Below, piece after piece: positions 13,940 to 23,027 of a stretch of DNA of 25,073 nucleotides. Source of the DNA: a virus (Duplodnaviria; Caudoviricetes); the IMG/VR virus record IMGVR_UViG_3300032225_001599, positions 1 to 25,073 of that record, one strand, 5' to 3'. Position 1 is the stretch's first letter, and every line of letters starts with the position of its first letter. Made by a program: the position numbers and the translations under genes. Below the pieces are notes generated by a model that worked only from the letters and a program-made list of their open reading frames with translations, had not been told where the DNA came from and did not search any database.

Positions 13940-14754
13940 TTTATTCTCCTAATAGATAAAGGTGCTGAAACAGTCAGCCCAACTGCCGTAGTAGCTATCT
14001 GTGTGACAATAACTGCTGCCACAACTTCTTGTTTAGCTTTATGTCTAACCTTCTTAGACATGTCAGCACCAAAATTACCTAAAGCATTAAAAGCATTAGT
14101 CAAACCAACAATGCTTGCACCCAACACAGGAACATTAGCCAACTCTTCCGAAACAACAATGTCATCAGCCTGAGCGACAAATAAAAGTTGATTTAACGCC
14201 AAATTGTATTCCAAAGAACCTTCCACAGCCGTATCAAGCGTATTATTAGCATCATCTGTAAGAAGCATCAATTCCTCTGTTGAAAGGCTCTGAGGGGCAA
14301 TCTGAGTCAAATCAACATCAAGAATAGAAGGCTTAACTTCAACAACAGGCGGCTCAATTACAGGTACTTTTACAACAGGTTTTACAACATCAGGTTCTTT
14401 CACTAAAGGTGGAAAAACTGAAGGCTTCGGCTCAATAACAGGTTTAGGTTCAGGAACAACAGGCGGTTCAGGTTCAACAACAGGTGGTTGAGGTGGTTCA
14501 ACAGGATAAACCACAGGAACAGAAGGCTCAGGGTCAGGAACAACAGGGTCAAGACAATCTTCAAACTCAAAGTCACAAACATTATCTTCAATCCAACAAT
14601 CATCAACCCGAATGTCACAAACATCAGTGACATCAGATGTATCAACATTCACACCCACCACATCAAATGGTTCTGCCTGTGTCGTAGGTGTAAAGGTCAG
14701 AGTTGGTGCAAATGCCAAAAACAAAACAAATAAAAGTCTTGTCAACTTTGGCAT
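13936..14754 (-). CDS. Exported Pro-rich protein with C-terminal hydrophobic segment
   Basis: Signal peptide (..TQA/EP), Asp/Cys-rich segment, P/V/E/K-rich linker, helical domain ending VVAAVIVTQIA...RRIK. Confidence 0.8.
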   Translation of the reverse strand: MPKLTRLLFVLFLAFAPTLTFTPTTQAEPFDVVGVNVDTSDVTDVCDIRVDDCWIEDNVCDFEFEDCLDPVVPDPEPSVPVVYPVEPPQPPVVEPEPPVVPEPKPVIEPKPSVFPPLVKEPDVVKPVVKVPVIEPPVVEVKPSILDVDLTQIAPQSLSTEELMLLTDDANNTLDTAVEGSLEYNLALNQLLFVAQADDIVVSEELANVPVLGASIVGLTNAFNALGNFGADMSKKVRHKAKQEVVAAVIVTQIATTAVGLTVSAPLSIRRIK

Positions 14755-14763
14755 AATACCTTC

Positions 14764-15012
14764 CTATTGCATAAGCCGAATCAAAATACCGACAATTGTA
14801 GAAGTAATGACAGCCGAAAGCACACCAGTAACCCAAGCAGACTGCCAGCGAGCCTTCTCCAACTCCCTGATACGAGTTTCATGGTCAATAACAAGGTCAG
14901 ACTGAATAGTGACATCCTTCTTTATAACAGCGATATCAGTTTTAATTACAGCCATATCATCAACAATTCTTTGTAACAATTCACCATTATTAGGTCGTTT
15001 AACATCAGTCAT
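14764..15012 (-). CDS. Coiled-coil plus C-terminal TM protein (lysis-region membrane protein)
   Basis: DHETRIRELEKARW followed by a TM helix; start revised to MTDVK. Confidence 0.75.
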   Translation of the reverse strand: MTDVKRPNNGELLQRIVDDMAVIKTDIAVIKKDVTIQSDLVIDHETRIRELEKARWQSAWVTGVLSAVITSTIVGILIRLMQ

Positions 15013-15503
15013 TAGCCAGCCGCCGTTCCAGAAGCCATTTGCACTGCAGTCCAATACAAAGTTGAATCAGAACCAGAAGCAGCCGAAACATTACGGACAG
15101 TAGCAACAGCAGAACCAGCAGTATTAGTTCCAACAGAAACAACATAACGGTTTGAAGTAGTCCAAGCCTGAACAATAGGTGCAACACTAAAACGACTTGC
15201 AGGATAAGTAATATTTATTGTTGAAGTAGTATCAGGGCCTAACGCTGTAGTTGTAGAGTCACCTGTTCCAGCAGCCTGAGCATACGCCTGTGGAATCCAA
15301 GTCGTACCATTATAGGCTTGAACCTGGTCAACATCCTTAATATAAGTAACCATACCTTCAGAAAAAGAAGCAGTACCAATTGCAGTAGCACGAGCAGCAG
15401 TACCAGCAAAAACCATAACCGATTGGTCTTGCAAATAATTTTGTACATCAGAAGCACTCAAAACAGACCCAGCTGCAAAAGTTTTACGTCCAGAACCAGC
15501 CAT
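15012..15503 (-). CDS. Minor tail / short fibre protein
   Basis: RKTFAAGSVLSASDVQNYL N-terminus; beta-rich C-terminal domain ending LYWTAVQM. Confidence 0.8.
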   Translation of the reverse strand: MAGSGRKTFAAGSVLSASDVQNYLQDQSVMVFAGTAARATAIGTASFSEGMVTYIKDVDQVQAYNGTTWIPQAYAQAAGTGDSTTTALGPDTTSTINITYPASRFSVAPIVQAWTTSNRYVVSVGTNTAGSAVATVRNVSAASGSDSTLYWTAVQMASGTAAG

Positions 15504-15512
15504 TACTTCTCC

Positions 15513-17168
15513 TTATAAACCCAACGCATAATTATCTAATTTACCAAACTCATTATCATCAATAACAAGATTAGGTGTTTTTAAACTCTCTAAATTAAAT
15601 GTTACCAGATGGCTACCAGCAGTAACATCATGTGTAATACCAATAATACGCACATAACGAGTAATAGCCGAACCGACACCATTAGGGGTAAAAATGACTT
15701 GAGCAAAACCATTCAAAGGCGTACGAGACCTTAAAACAGATTGTTGACCTAAATCTAAAGCAAACATGTTGACAGTAATTGAATTGAACCTATACTCAGG
15801 TTCACTATATTTAGATGAAATATAAGAAGCAAGATTTTGTAACTTATCCCCATTCGTATAAAGCACACCATCAACGCTCAAAGAAATAGGAGAAAATAGT
15901 TTAGAAGAAGTAGGTGTTATAGCAACCCTATTAGCAATACCATCCCAAGCATTAACTTGAATATTATTGTAAAGTAATTGAGTTGTATAACTTACATCAA
16001 GAGCTTCATAATAATAACCTGAACCATCATCAGCAAAAGTAGGAAAACCACCTACCGTACTAGCACCGACACTATTATCATCAAAATAAAGATTATCTTG
16101 ACCCTCAACATATAGTTGACCCTGCTCAGAAACTTCAACCTGTCTCAAATAATCTAAAACATTAGTTCCAAGCACAACAGCAGCTTTATCAAGCATTTGT
16201 GTACCAGCATCAATAGTAGAACCACCAGGCCAAGCAACTTCATCTAAATTTAAGACACGACTTATTCTCGCACCAGATAATTCTGCAGGAAAAGTTCTAT
16301 CTTTAAGAAAAAATTGATTAGCAAAAAGAGTAGATAACTCTGAAGCAACTAAAGAAGCAGAAGCTTCACCAGTAACATCATAAGTAAAAGACCAATCATC
16401 AATCCAACCAGAAAAAATAGAATTACCATTAATAGTTGCATAAACTCTTTGCTTAGGTTTCACATAACCATACAAAGGTGAACCTGCGGAAGAGCCTTGC
16501 TCTAAAACTATGTTATCCCAATAGGAATCTTCATAACCGCCACCATAATTTACAGTAAACAAAACGGCTTCTGCTTTAATAGCACCTGGTGGTGCAACGG
16601 CAGTATTTGTTATTCTCTTCCACGAAGTATTAGAAGAAGGAACATAAGTGCTAGTACTTTGATACATAAAACCGCTTGCACTATACCAGTTGATAGCAAC
16701 CTTTACAGTCGTATTCCAATAAGTACGATTGTAAGCGGATAAAGTATAAGTTTGCCCTGCTGTAACGGTAGAAGAAAATGCTGTGTTAGTAGCAATAAAT
16801 TCTGAACCTATTGGAACGCCAGTTGCAGATACAACCATTAAATACGCTGTCCCAGAAAATGGTTGAAATGGTCTATATGTTGCATCGTATGTGCCACGAT
16901 AAACGCTAGTGGCATAAATTGCAGTATAAGGACTCCAACCAGAAGTATCTGTTTCAAAATTGTTGTTAGAAATCAAATTAGTATTGCCATTAGTAGGGTC
17001 AAAGACACGGCTATAGTTATTGAAAGTAATGTTACAAGTGCCAGGTTCATAATAATCTAAAGCCCTAGATTTACCACGAGAACAACTAAAAGCAGTTACA
17101 TAAGAAGTAACATCAAAATAAGTAGTTCCATCTGAAGCGTAAAGCCAAACAACAACATTATTAGCCAT
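15513..17168 (-). CDS. Minor tail protein with inserted carbohydrate-binding (CBM4/9-like) domain
   Basis: Follows the tape measure gene; NLISNNNFE..SGW...AGQTYTLSAY...WKRIT...YWDNIVLE. Confidence 0.8.
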   Translation of the reverse strand: MANNVVVWLYASDGTTYFDVTSYVTAFSCSRGKSRALDYYEPGTCNITFNNYSRVFDPTNGNTNLISNNNFETDTSGWSPYTAIYATSVYRGTYDATYRPFQPFSGTAYLMVVSATGVPIGSEFIATNTAFSSTVTAGQTYTLSAYNRTYWNTTVKVAINWYSASGFMYQSTSTYVPSSNTSWKRITNTAVAPPGAIKAEAVLFTVNYGGGYEDSYWDNIVLEQGSSAGSPLYGYVKPKQRVYATINGNSIFSGWIDDWSFTYDVTGEASASLVASELSTLFANQFFLKDRTFPAELSGARISRVLNLDEVAWPGGSTIDAGTQMLDKAAVVLGTNVLDYLRQVEVSEQGQLYVEGQDNLYFDDNSVGASTVGGFPTFADDGSGYYYEALDVSYTTQLLYNNIQVNAWDGIANRVAITPTSSKLFSPISLSVDGVLYTNGDKLQNLASYISSKYSEPEYRFNSITVNMFALDLGQQSVLRSRTPLNGFAQVIFTPNGVGSAITRYVRIIGITHDVTAGSHLVTFNLESLKTPNLVIDDNEFGKLDNYALGL

Positions 17169-19357
17169 TATTTACTAAAAACCTTGCCTGTTTTGCGTTC
17201 ATAAATCTGAATAGCATTAACCAAAGCTTTACCAACATCAGCGTTAGTAGCACCAGGTGCAACATTCACAGTTATATTGTAGTTAGTCGCAGTATTTACA
17301 GCATTTTGAAATCTTGTGTAAGCACCAAATTGAGTGTCTTTATTATAAGGATTAGTTATTCGAGAAGCATTTAATAAAATACCAAAATCAGTTTTGACGC
17401 CCTCTTTAGGAACAAAATTATATTTATCGCTACCATGAGGATAGACCTTAGGTACAGTAGAAGTAGTTTCCTTTGGAGTTAAACCAGTAAAAACATTATC
17501 CCTAAAAGTTGTACCAAAATCTTTACCCATACCAGCAGCAACCGCATTTAAACGAGCAGCCTGAGCTTTAAGACCATCAATAAGACCATTACCAATCTCA
17601 TTACCAGTCTTAGTCATAGCCTTAGCTACCTTAACACCAATATCTCCTGAAACCTTTGTAATACCCTTAAAAGTTTTATTCAAACTCGCAATACCCTCTT
17701 TACCAGAATCCAAAATTGCTTCAGCCGTAGCATTACCTGCTTCAGGGCCAGCAGAAGCAATCTGAGCAATCAAAGCAGGGTCAAGATGAGCTGCAGTCAA
17801 TTTATTTATATTTGTCAAAAAAGTTTTAATCTCATTAAACTTTTGTTTATAAACAGTTTTTAAATCAACCGCACCGCTATTGACACCAGAAATAAGAGTC
17901 TTAAACCTACCATTCAAAAAAACAACAGACTTAACAATTTCGTGAGAAGTATTATCTAAAATACCTGTAATATTTGCAGAATCCATAATAGATTTTTGAA
18001 CATCCAAAGCATCTTTCAAAAGACTATTAACAGCCGTTGCAGTTTTTTTAGTTTTTGTAGTTACAGTATCTAAAGCATTATTAGTACCACTAACATCAGG
18101 TTTAGGTAATTTTTTAGATAACTGGTCAACTAAATCATTATTAGCATCCTTAACACCATTAATGCTACTAATAGAACTACCGATACCATCTGTAAAAGTT
18201 TTTAACCCATCATTCATAGACTTAAAAGCATCACCAACAAAAGGAATAGCAGCTAAAGCTTCAAAAATCTTGCCAAGAATCTTAAGGACAATACTTAAAG
18301 CCAAAGATAAAACAGTTACAACAGGAACAACAATTGCACCAATAAGTTTCGCAAAAAAAGTTATAACCACAATAACAGGTTTCAAAACTTGAATTAAAAC
18401 TTTAAAAATCTCCACTAAAGGAAACATTAAAGGCTCTATAAGTGCAGCAAGAACATCCAAAATAGGTGTTAAAGCATCAAATAAAAGCATAATAACTTGA
18501 ACTAGAGGGTCAATTATAGGAGTGAGGACAGTAACAATCTTTCCAAATACTTCAAAAACTGGAGTTAAAGATTTACTAACCAAATCAATTATCGGTTGAA
18601 AAGCACCCATAAGAGCAGCTAAAGGTGCAAGTAAAGATTGACCTAAACTTGCTTTCAAATTCTCAAAACTAGCCGTCAAAGTAGCTTGTTTGCCATACAA
18701 ACTATCTGACATTTTAGCAAAATTGCCTTGACTTTTAGTAGTGGCATTTAAAATCAAATCATATCTAGCTGTGGCTTGAGCAGCAGCTAACATTTGACCT
18801 TTCAACTTACTTTGACCACGAGCCGCCAACAAAGCATTAACCTGAGACTGTTTAAAAGCAACGCCAAAACGCTCAATCGGGTCATACTCACCACGAAAAG
18901 CAGCACCAATACCTCTTACAGCTTCATCAACAGGTAAACCAAAAGTAGCCGCTAAATCAGCAGAAAGACCCATAAGATTTTTAGTTTTAGCAGCAACATC
19001 ATCAATAGGTAACCCAGTAGCGGCAAGACTGCTACCCAAAAGAGTAACATTTCGACTCGCATCTAACTGACTCAAACCAATTGCTTGAGCATCCTTAGTG
19101 AACTGTTGCATTTGTGGTGCAAGATTTCCATACAAACCACTCAAACCAACATTTGCTGCCTGTAAATCACGAGCAGCACCAACAGATTCTTTAATAAATT
19201 CAATGCCCTTTTGAACCCCCATAAGAGCTGCACCAGCAACAGCAGCTCTACCCAAGCCCTTAACAGAACTAGCAAGAGAAGCCAAACCAGTTTTAGCCTG
19301 AGCAATACCCTTAGAATCAAAAACAGAAATTAAAGGAATAAAAATAGAACCAGCCAT
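17168..19357 (-). CDS. Tape measure protein
   Basis: 729 aa, Ala/Gly-rich helical, ADLAATFG...RGEYDPIERFG, amphipathic repeats. Confidence 0.92.
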   Translation of the reverse strand: MAGSIFIPLISVFDSKGIAQAKTGLASLASSVKGLGRAAVAGAALMGVQKGIEFIKESVGAARDLQAANVGLSGLYGNLAPQMQQFTKDAQAIGLSQLDASRNVTLLGSSLAATGLPIDDVAAKTKNLMGLSADLAATFGLPVDEAVRGIGAAFRGEYDPIERFGVAFKQSQVNALLAARGQSKLKGQMLAAAQATARYDLILNATTKSQGNFAKMSDSLYGKQATLTASFENLKASLGQSLLAPLAALMGAFQPIIDLVSKSLTPVFEVFGKIVTVLTPIIDPLVQVIMLLFDALTPILDVLAALIEPLMFPLVEIFKVLIQVLKPVIVVITFFAKLIGAIVVPVVTVLSLALSIVLKILGKIFEALAAIPFVGDAFKSMNDGLKTFTDGIGSSISSINGVKDANNDLVDQLSKKLPKPDVSGTNNALDTVTTKTKKTATAVNSLLKDALDVQKSIMDSANITGILDNTSHEIVKSVVFLNGRFKTLISGVNSGAVDLKTVYKQKFNEIKTFLTNINKLTAAHLDPALIAQIASAGPEAGNATAEAILDSGKEGIASLNKTFKGITKVSGDIGVKVAKAMTKTGNEIGNGLIDGLKAQAARLNAVAAGMGKDFGTTFRDNVFTGLTPKETTSTVPKVYPHGSDKYNFVPKEGVKTDFGILLNASRITNPYNKDTQFGAYTRFQNAVNTATNYNITVNVAPGATNADVGKALVNAIQIYERKTGKVFSK

Positions 19358-20025
19358 CAGGCAGCCATCCTTCGATTTACAACATCATAAGCTTTTTGTA
19401 AACTTTGATTAGACTTAGCAAAAGTCTGTGGCACAGCTCTCTCAGCAGCTGGCCAAACATAACGAGAACTAGAACCACTCAAAGCACGAATCATACCACG
19501 ACCCTGATTATTTATGCGGTGTTTTCTACTACCCGAAGCACTACGAGAATAGCTATATTCAGAAGTCTGCTTGCGTTTATTAATATATTTACCAGATTTA
19601 CCAGCCATGTCAGCCATAACAACAGCAGCATTATCTACACGCAAACGAGCAATAGAAGCAGCACCAACCTTAGCCCTACGCATAGCCCTAGCAGCCTTAG
19701 CTGCACTAGGAGTCTCAATCAATACAGACTTCACAGGTTTATTACGGTTCTGAGTATTAGCACCCCAAGTTAAACGACCAGGCACAACCCTAGGATAAAA
19801 ACCAGACACAGTTCTCTGTGGTCGTTTCTTATGAATACCAGAAGTAGGTGGTGCAGTAGGGATAGCGTTCTTCACGGCAGACTGTACAGGTTTAGCAATA
19901 AGTTTGAAATCCTTTTGCATCTGTTTTATAAGAGTAGGTTGAACACGATTCAACTCACGAATAAGGTCTTGATAATCAGTGAGATACAAGCCAGCACGAT
20001 TACCCCTTTGAATCATAACTGCCAT
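19357..20025 (-). CDS. Basic tail/neck-associated protein (HK97 gp10-like, tentative)
   Basis: LIRELN...RYVWPAAE pattern; structural module position. Confidence 0.6.
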   Translation of the reverse strand: MAVMIQRGNRAGLYLTDYQDLIRELNRVQPTLIKQMQKDFKLIAKPVQSAVKNAIPTAPPTSGIHKKRPQRTVSGFYPRVVPGRLTWGANTQNRNKPVKSVLIETPSAAKAARAMRRAKVGAASIARLRVDNAAVVMADMAGKSGKYINKRKQTSEYSYSRSASGSRKHRINNQGRGMIRALSGSSSRYVWPAAERAVPQTFAKSNQSLQKAYDVVNRRMAA

Positions 20026-20049
20026 AAGTCACCACCAATCACATCTATT

Positions 20050-20214
20050 CTATCCCCTAGATTGTTGCTGACTCTTCCAAATCAAATACCTGCCCATAGT
20101 CCAAAGCATACGGTCACTGCACTCCAACAACGCATTAGGACTAATACCAGTCTCAACCGCTAAAGAAGCAATAAACCAATGAGCAGAACTATCACCCAAC
20201 CCAACTATTTTGGG
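20050..20214 (-). CDS. Tail assembly chaperone, -1 frameshift extension (G-T product)
   Basis: Slippery CCCAAAA at 20208-20214 before TAG; the -1 frame reads IVGLGDSSAHWFIASLAVETGISPNALL... Confidence 0.8.
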   Translation of the reverse strand, partial: PKIVGLGDSSAHWFIASLAVETGISPNALLECSDRMLWTMGRYLIWKSQQQSRG

Positions 20215-20456
20215 TCTAGTTCACTCGCCTTAATAGAAGCAACATCATCAACCCAAATATCAAACTCTTTAGTAGTCGATTTAGTGCGAGACTCAGATGA
20301 CCAAGCCAAAAATAGAAGATGAGTAAGTTTCACATTAGCTTCAAGCACAGCAACTGACAAATCAAATTTAGATTCAAACTTAACTATGTCAGATGCTGAA
20401 CAAATAATTTCTTTTTCTTCACCAGAAACAAATTCAATGCGTAGGTTTAATTTCAA
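20205..20456 (-). CDS. Tail assembly chaperone
   Basis: Follows the major tail gene; ends DPK at the slippery site. Confidence 0.8.
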   Translation of the reverse strand: MKLNLRIEFVSGEEKEIICSASDIVKFESKFDLSVAVLEANVKLTHLLFLAWSSESRTKSTTKEFDIWVDDVASIKASELDPK

Positions 20457-20472
20457 TTGTTTTCCTTAGTTA

Positions 20473-20895
20473 TTAAGCGACGGCCCTAGTGACCGTTCCC
20501 GTAGTCGGCCATGTCACAGATAGTGTGGCGATATCGCCCACGCTCGCCGAGAATGGTTGGTACTGTGAAACTAAGCATACAGCAGTCCAAGCAGGGTTAG
20601 TTGCACCCACTGCTGAAGATGTTGGAAGTACTACAACAGTTGCATAAGCAGCTGTTCCAGAACTATTAAACAAAGTTGAAAGTTTATCATCTGTAGATGC
20701 AGAACCAAAGTCTTGGAAGAAGTTTAGGGTTACAGACCCAGACTTCAAACCAGGAATACGAGTTCTCCAACCACTACCAAAAGCGGTTGTTTCAATTTCA
20801 TCCGCTGAAAGGTCAAGACTTACGCTCTGGAGAACCGTTGAGAGGTTTGTTCCATTTATCGTAATCTTATGGTCTGTTGCTGCATAAACTGCCAC
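20473..20895 (-). CDS. Major tail (tube) protein
   Basis: IETTAFGSGWRTRIPGLK...VGDIATLSVTWP. Confidence 0.88.
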   Translation of the reverse strand: MAVYAATDHKITINGTNLSTVLQSVSLDLSADEIETTAFGSGWRTRIPGLKSGSVTLNFFQDFGSASTDDKLSTLFNSSGTAAYATVVVLPTSSAVGATNPAWTAVCLVSQYQPFSASVGDIATLSVTWPTTGTVTRAVA

Positions 20896-20906
20896 AGTAT
20901 GTTCTC

Positions 20907-21314
20907 CTAATTTGCTTGAACAGCACAGGTAAACTCTGCTGTTAAATATGTATTATCACCAATTATGACAGAGCCGTAGTTACTCATATCAGATACTATC
21001 AAATCAAAACAACGACCTGCTAGTGTCCTATCTGATTCTATCGCACTTTTTATACTAGATGACCCAGTAGAAGCACAATAAGTATCAAGATTATTTTGTC
21101 CAGTACGCTCAGAAACCCTAGCAACATAGACGGCAACAGTAAAGTTGTAAGTATTAAAACCATTAGCAAACGCTTTATGATATTCAATGCTTTGAGGTGC
21201 AACTACAGCCATAGGTGCATTAGGGTTATCAGGCACAAAACTAGAGACACGCAACCCAACAATATTTGAAAGGTTCTCTGCAATACCCTCACGCAAATCA
21301 GATAAACTAGCCAT
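20907..21314 (-). CDS. Tail terminator/completion protein
   Basis: Size and position; SIKSAIESDRTLAG motif. Confidence 0.7.
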   Translation of the reverse strand: MASLSDLREGIAENLSNIVGLRVSSFVPDNPNAPMAVVAPQSIEYHKAFANGFNTYNFTVAVYVARVSERTGQNNLDTYCASTGSSSIKSAIESDRTLAGRCFDLIVSDMSNYGSVIIGDNTYLTAEFTCAVQAN

Positions 21315-21925
21315 TACCCTAAATGCCTTGTCTTACGGTAAGAGTTCAACAACATAGCAACATCAGGGTCAATACGGCTAGACACCCTAAAATAACCTGT
21401 GTCAGGGCTAGAAATAACACCTAAAGGCGAATCAAGGCGTTTAAAAATACGCATAGCTTGAATAATAGTTGCCTGTTTTACAGCTGTAGGAACAGAACTC
21501 CAACCCCAAACACCAGTAATTTGAACTGTCGCTACCTCATCATCAGAGTCATAAGGAAACTCCCAAACACCTACAGCACGAACACGAGTATAAGGCCACC
21601 CAGAAAGACCATCAACAACATTATTTAAAGGCTCTAACTGGTAGTCATCAGTAGTCCAAACTTGGTCATAAGTCTTATTCAACAAAGTAGAAACAGCGAT
21701 ACTAGAAATAGAAATAGCATCATCAATCGCAACACAATCATCATCACTAGGCACAAACAATCTTGTAGCCGTACCAGCGTTATAGAAACTACGCATAGTG
21801 TATTCATCAACAAGACGAGAAGCTGACTCTAAAGCAATCTCCAATAGGCTATCATCCACACCATCTTGGATGCGAAGTGCTATTTTTAGGTCGTTTAGGC
21901 TTGCATAGCCATTGACAACAGGCAT
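21314..21925 (-). CDS. Head-to-tail connector (gp6/gp15-like)
   Basis: YASLNDLK...LESASRLVD...WGWSSVPTAVKQA...DPDVAMLL. Confidence 0.85.
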   Translation of the reverse strand: MPVVNGYASLNDLKIALRIQDGVDDSLLEIALESASRLVDEYTMRSFYNAGTATRLFVPSDDDCVAIDDAISISSIAVSTLLNKTYDQVWTTDDYQLEPLNNVVDGLSGWPYTRVRAVGVWEFPYDSDDEVATVQITGVWGWSSVPTAVKQATIIQAMRIFKRLDSPLGVISSPDTGYFRVSSRIDPDVAMLLNSYRKTRHLG

Positions 21926-21927
21926 GT

Positions 21928-22389
21928 TTACTCCTTGTCTTTACTAAACAATTTTATCCCATTAGCCATACGGGCTTTTAAATCTGTAGTTGAAATGCCT
22001 GAAGTATAGGAAATAAAACATAAAACAATTTCATTTTTATCAAGCCACTCTTCATCAAACTGCATTTGAGAATAATAATCTCGATTAGCCCAATCTGTAC
22101 CTGTAATAACAATATCAGGTTTAGGGTCTTGAAGAATAGTTGGCTTAGAGTCTTGACCGCTAAAATTAACTCGAACTTCATCAACATACTTACAAGCCGA
22201 AACAACAGCAATTCTATCTTCAAGGCTCATTATAGGTTTCACACCTTTAAACTTTTCAACAAATTCGTCTGTATTCAAAGCTACAATAACTTTTCCGTTT
22301 TTACCAGCCATTTGCTTTAGTCTTTTCAAGAGCCTAACATGTCCAGCATGAAACAAATCAAAAGTGCCGCCGTTATAAATTACTCCCAT
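21928..22389 (-). CDS. TagD/RfaE-like cytidylyltransferase (HxGH nucleotidyltransferase)
   Basis: GGTFDLFHAGH...GTDW...YTSGISTT. Confidence 0.9.
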   Translation of the reverse strand: MGVIYNGGTFDLFHAGHVRLLKRLKQMAGKNGKVIVALNTDEFVEKFKGVKPIMSLEDRIAVVSACKYVDEVRVNFSGQDSKPTILQDPKPDIVITGTDWANRDYYSQMQFDEEWLDKNEIVLCFISYTSGISTTDLKARMANGIKLFSKDKE

Positions 22390-23027
22390 GAGTTATCTCG
22401 CCTAATCTGTAGAGACCAGTTACCTTCTGAAAAGTCTTGTTCATTTTGTTTTTTAAAATAAAGTAATTGATTACGGCTAAAAGTAACATTATTTTGATTT
22501 TGAAAACCACTAGACAAAGTAGAACTATTATCGTGAGCCAAACTAGCATCAATAAACTTAGCTTCAAAACCAGCATTAGTTATTCTTCGCTCATAGTCAT
22601 TATCTTCAAAATAGATAGGATGAAAACGCTCATCAAATAAACCAACATCTTTAACAACTTTTTCACCTAAAACAAAACCAGACCAGTAAGGTGCAATGTT
22701 CAAAAAATTGATTGTATTAGGGTCTGCTTCTTGAGCAATCTTTTGTAAAGTACCAGGATTAAGAACACTATCATCATTTAACAAAACCCAATAAGGTGCA
22801 AAAGGGGTGGTCTTTACAATCAAATTTAATCCACCACCATAGCCAAGTCCATGTGGAACTTGAATAAGCCACATTCGTTTCACCAATTCAGGTTTTATAG
22901 GACAATACTCTTGTTTACCAGAATTATCAACAATAACTAAGTTTTCTATTGGGTAGTCAATGCTCGCTAAAAGTCTATCTGCTAGGTCAAAGCGTTTAAG
23001 TGTAAGGAAACCTAAAACTGGTATCAT
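22380..23027 (-). CDS. Glycosyltransferase, GT2 / GT-A fold
   Basis: VIVDN, LLNDD, VGLFDERF..YFEDNDY; start revised to MIPVL. Confidence 0.88.
   Translation of the reverse strand: MIPVLGFLTLKRFDLADRLLASIDYPIENLVIVDNSGKQEYCPIKPELVKRMWLIQVPHGLGYGGGLNLIVKTTPFAPYWVLLNDDSVLNPGTLQKIAQEADPNTINFLNIAPYWSGFVLGEKVVKDVGLFDERFHPIYFEDNDYERRITNAGFEAKFIDASLAHDNSSTLSSGFQNQNNVTFSRNQLLYFKKQNEQDFSEGNWSLQIRRDNSWE

Noticed and set aside
14330-14545. Repetitive ACAACAGG/TTCAGG DNA
   Set aside because: Explained by the Pro/Val/Glu-rich protein linker.
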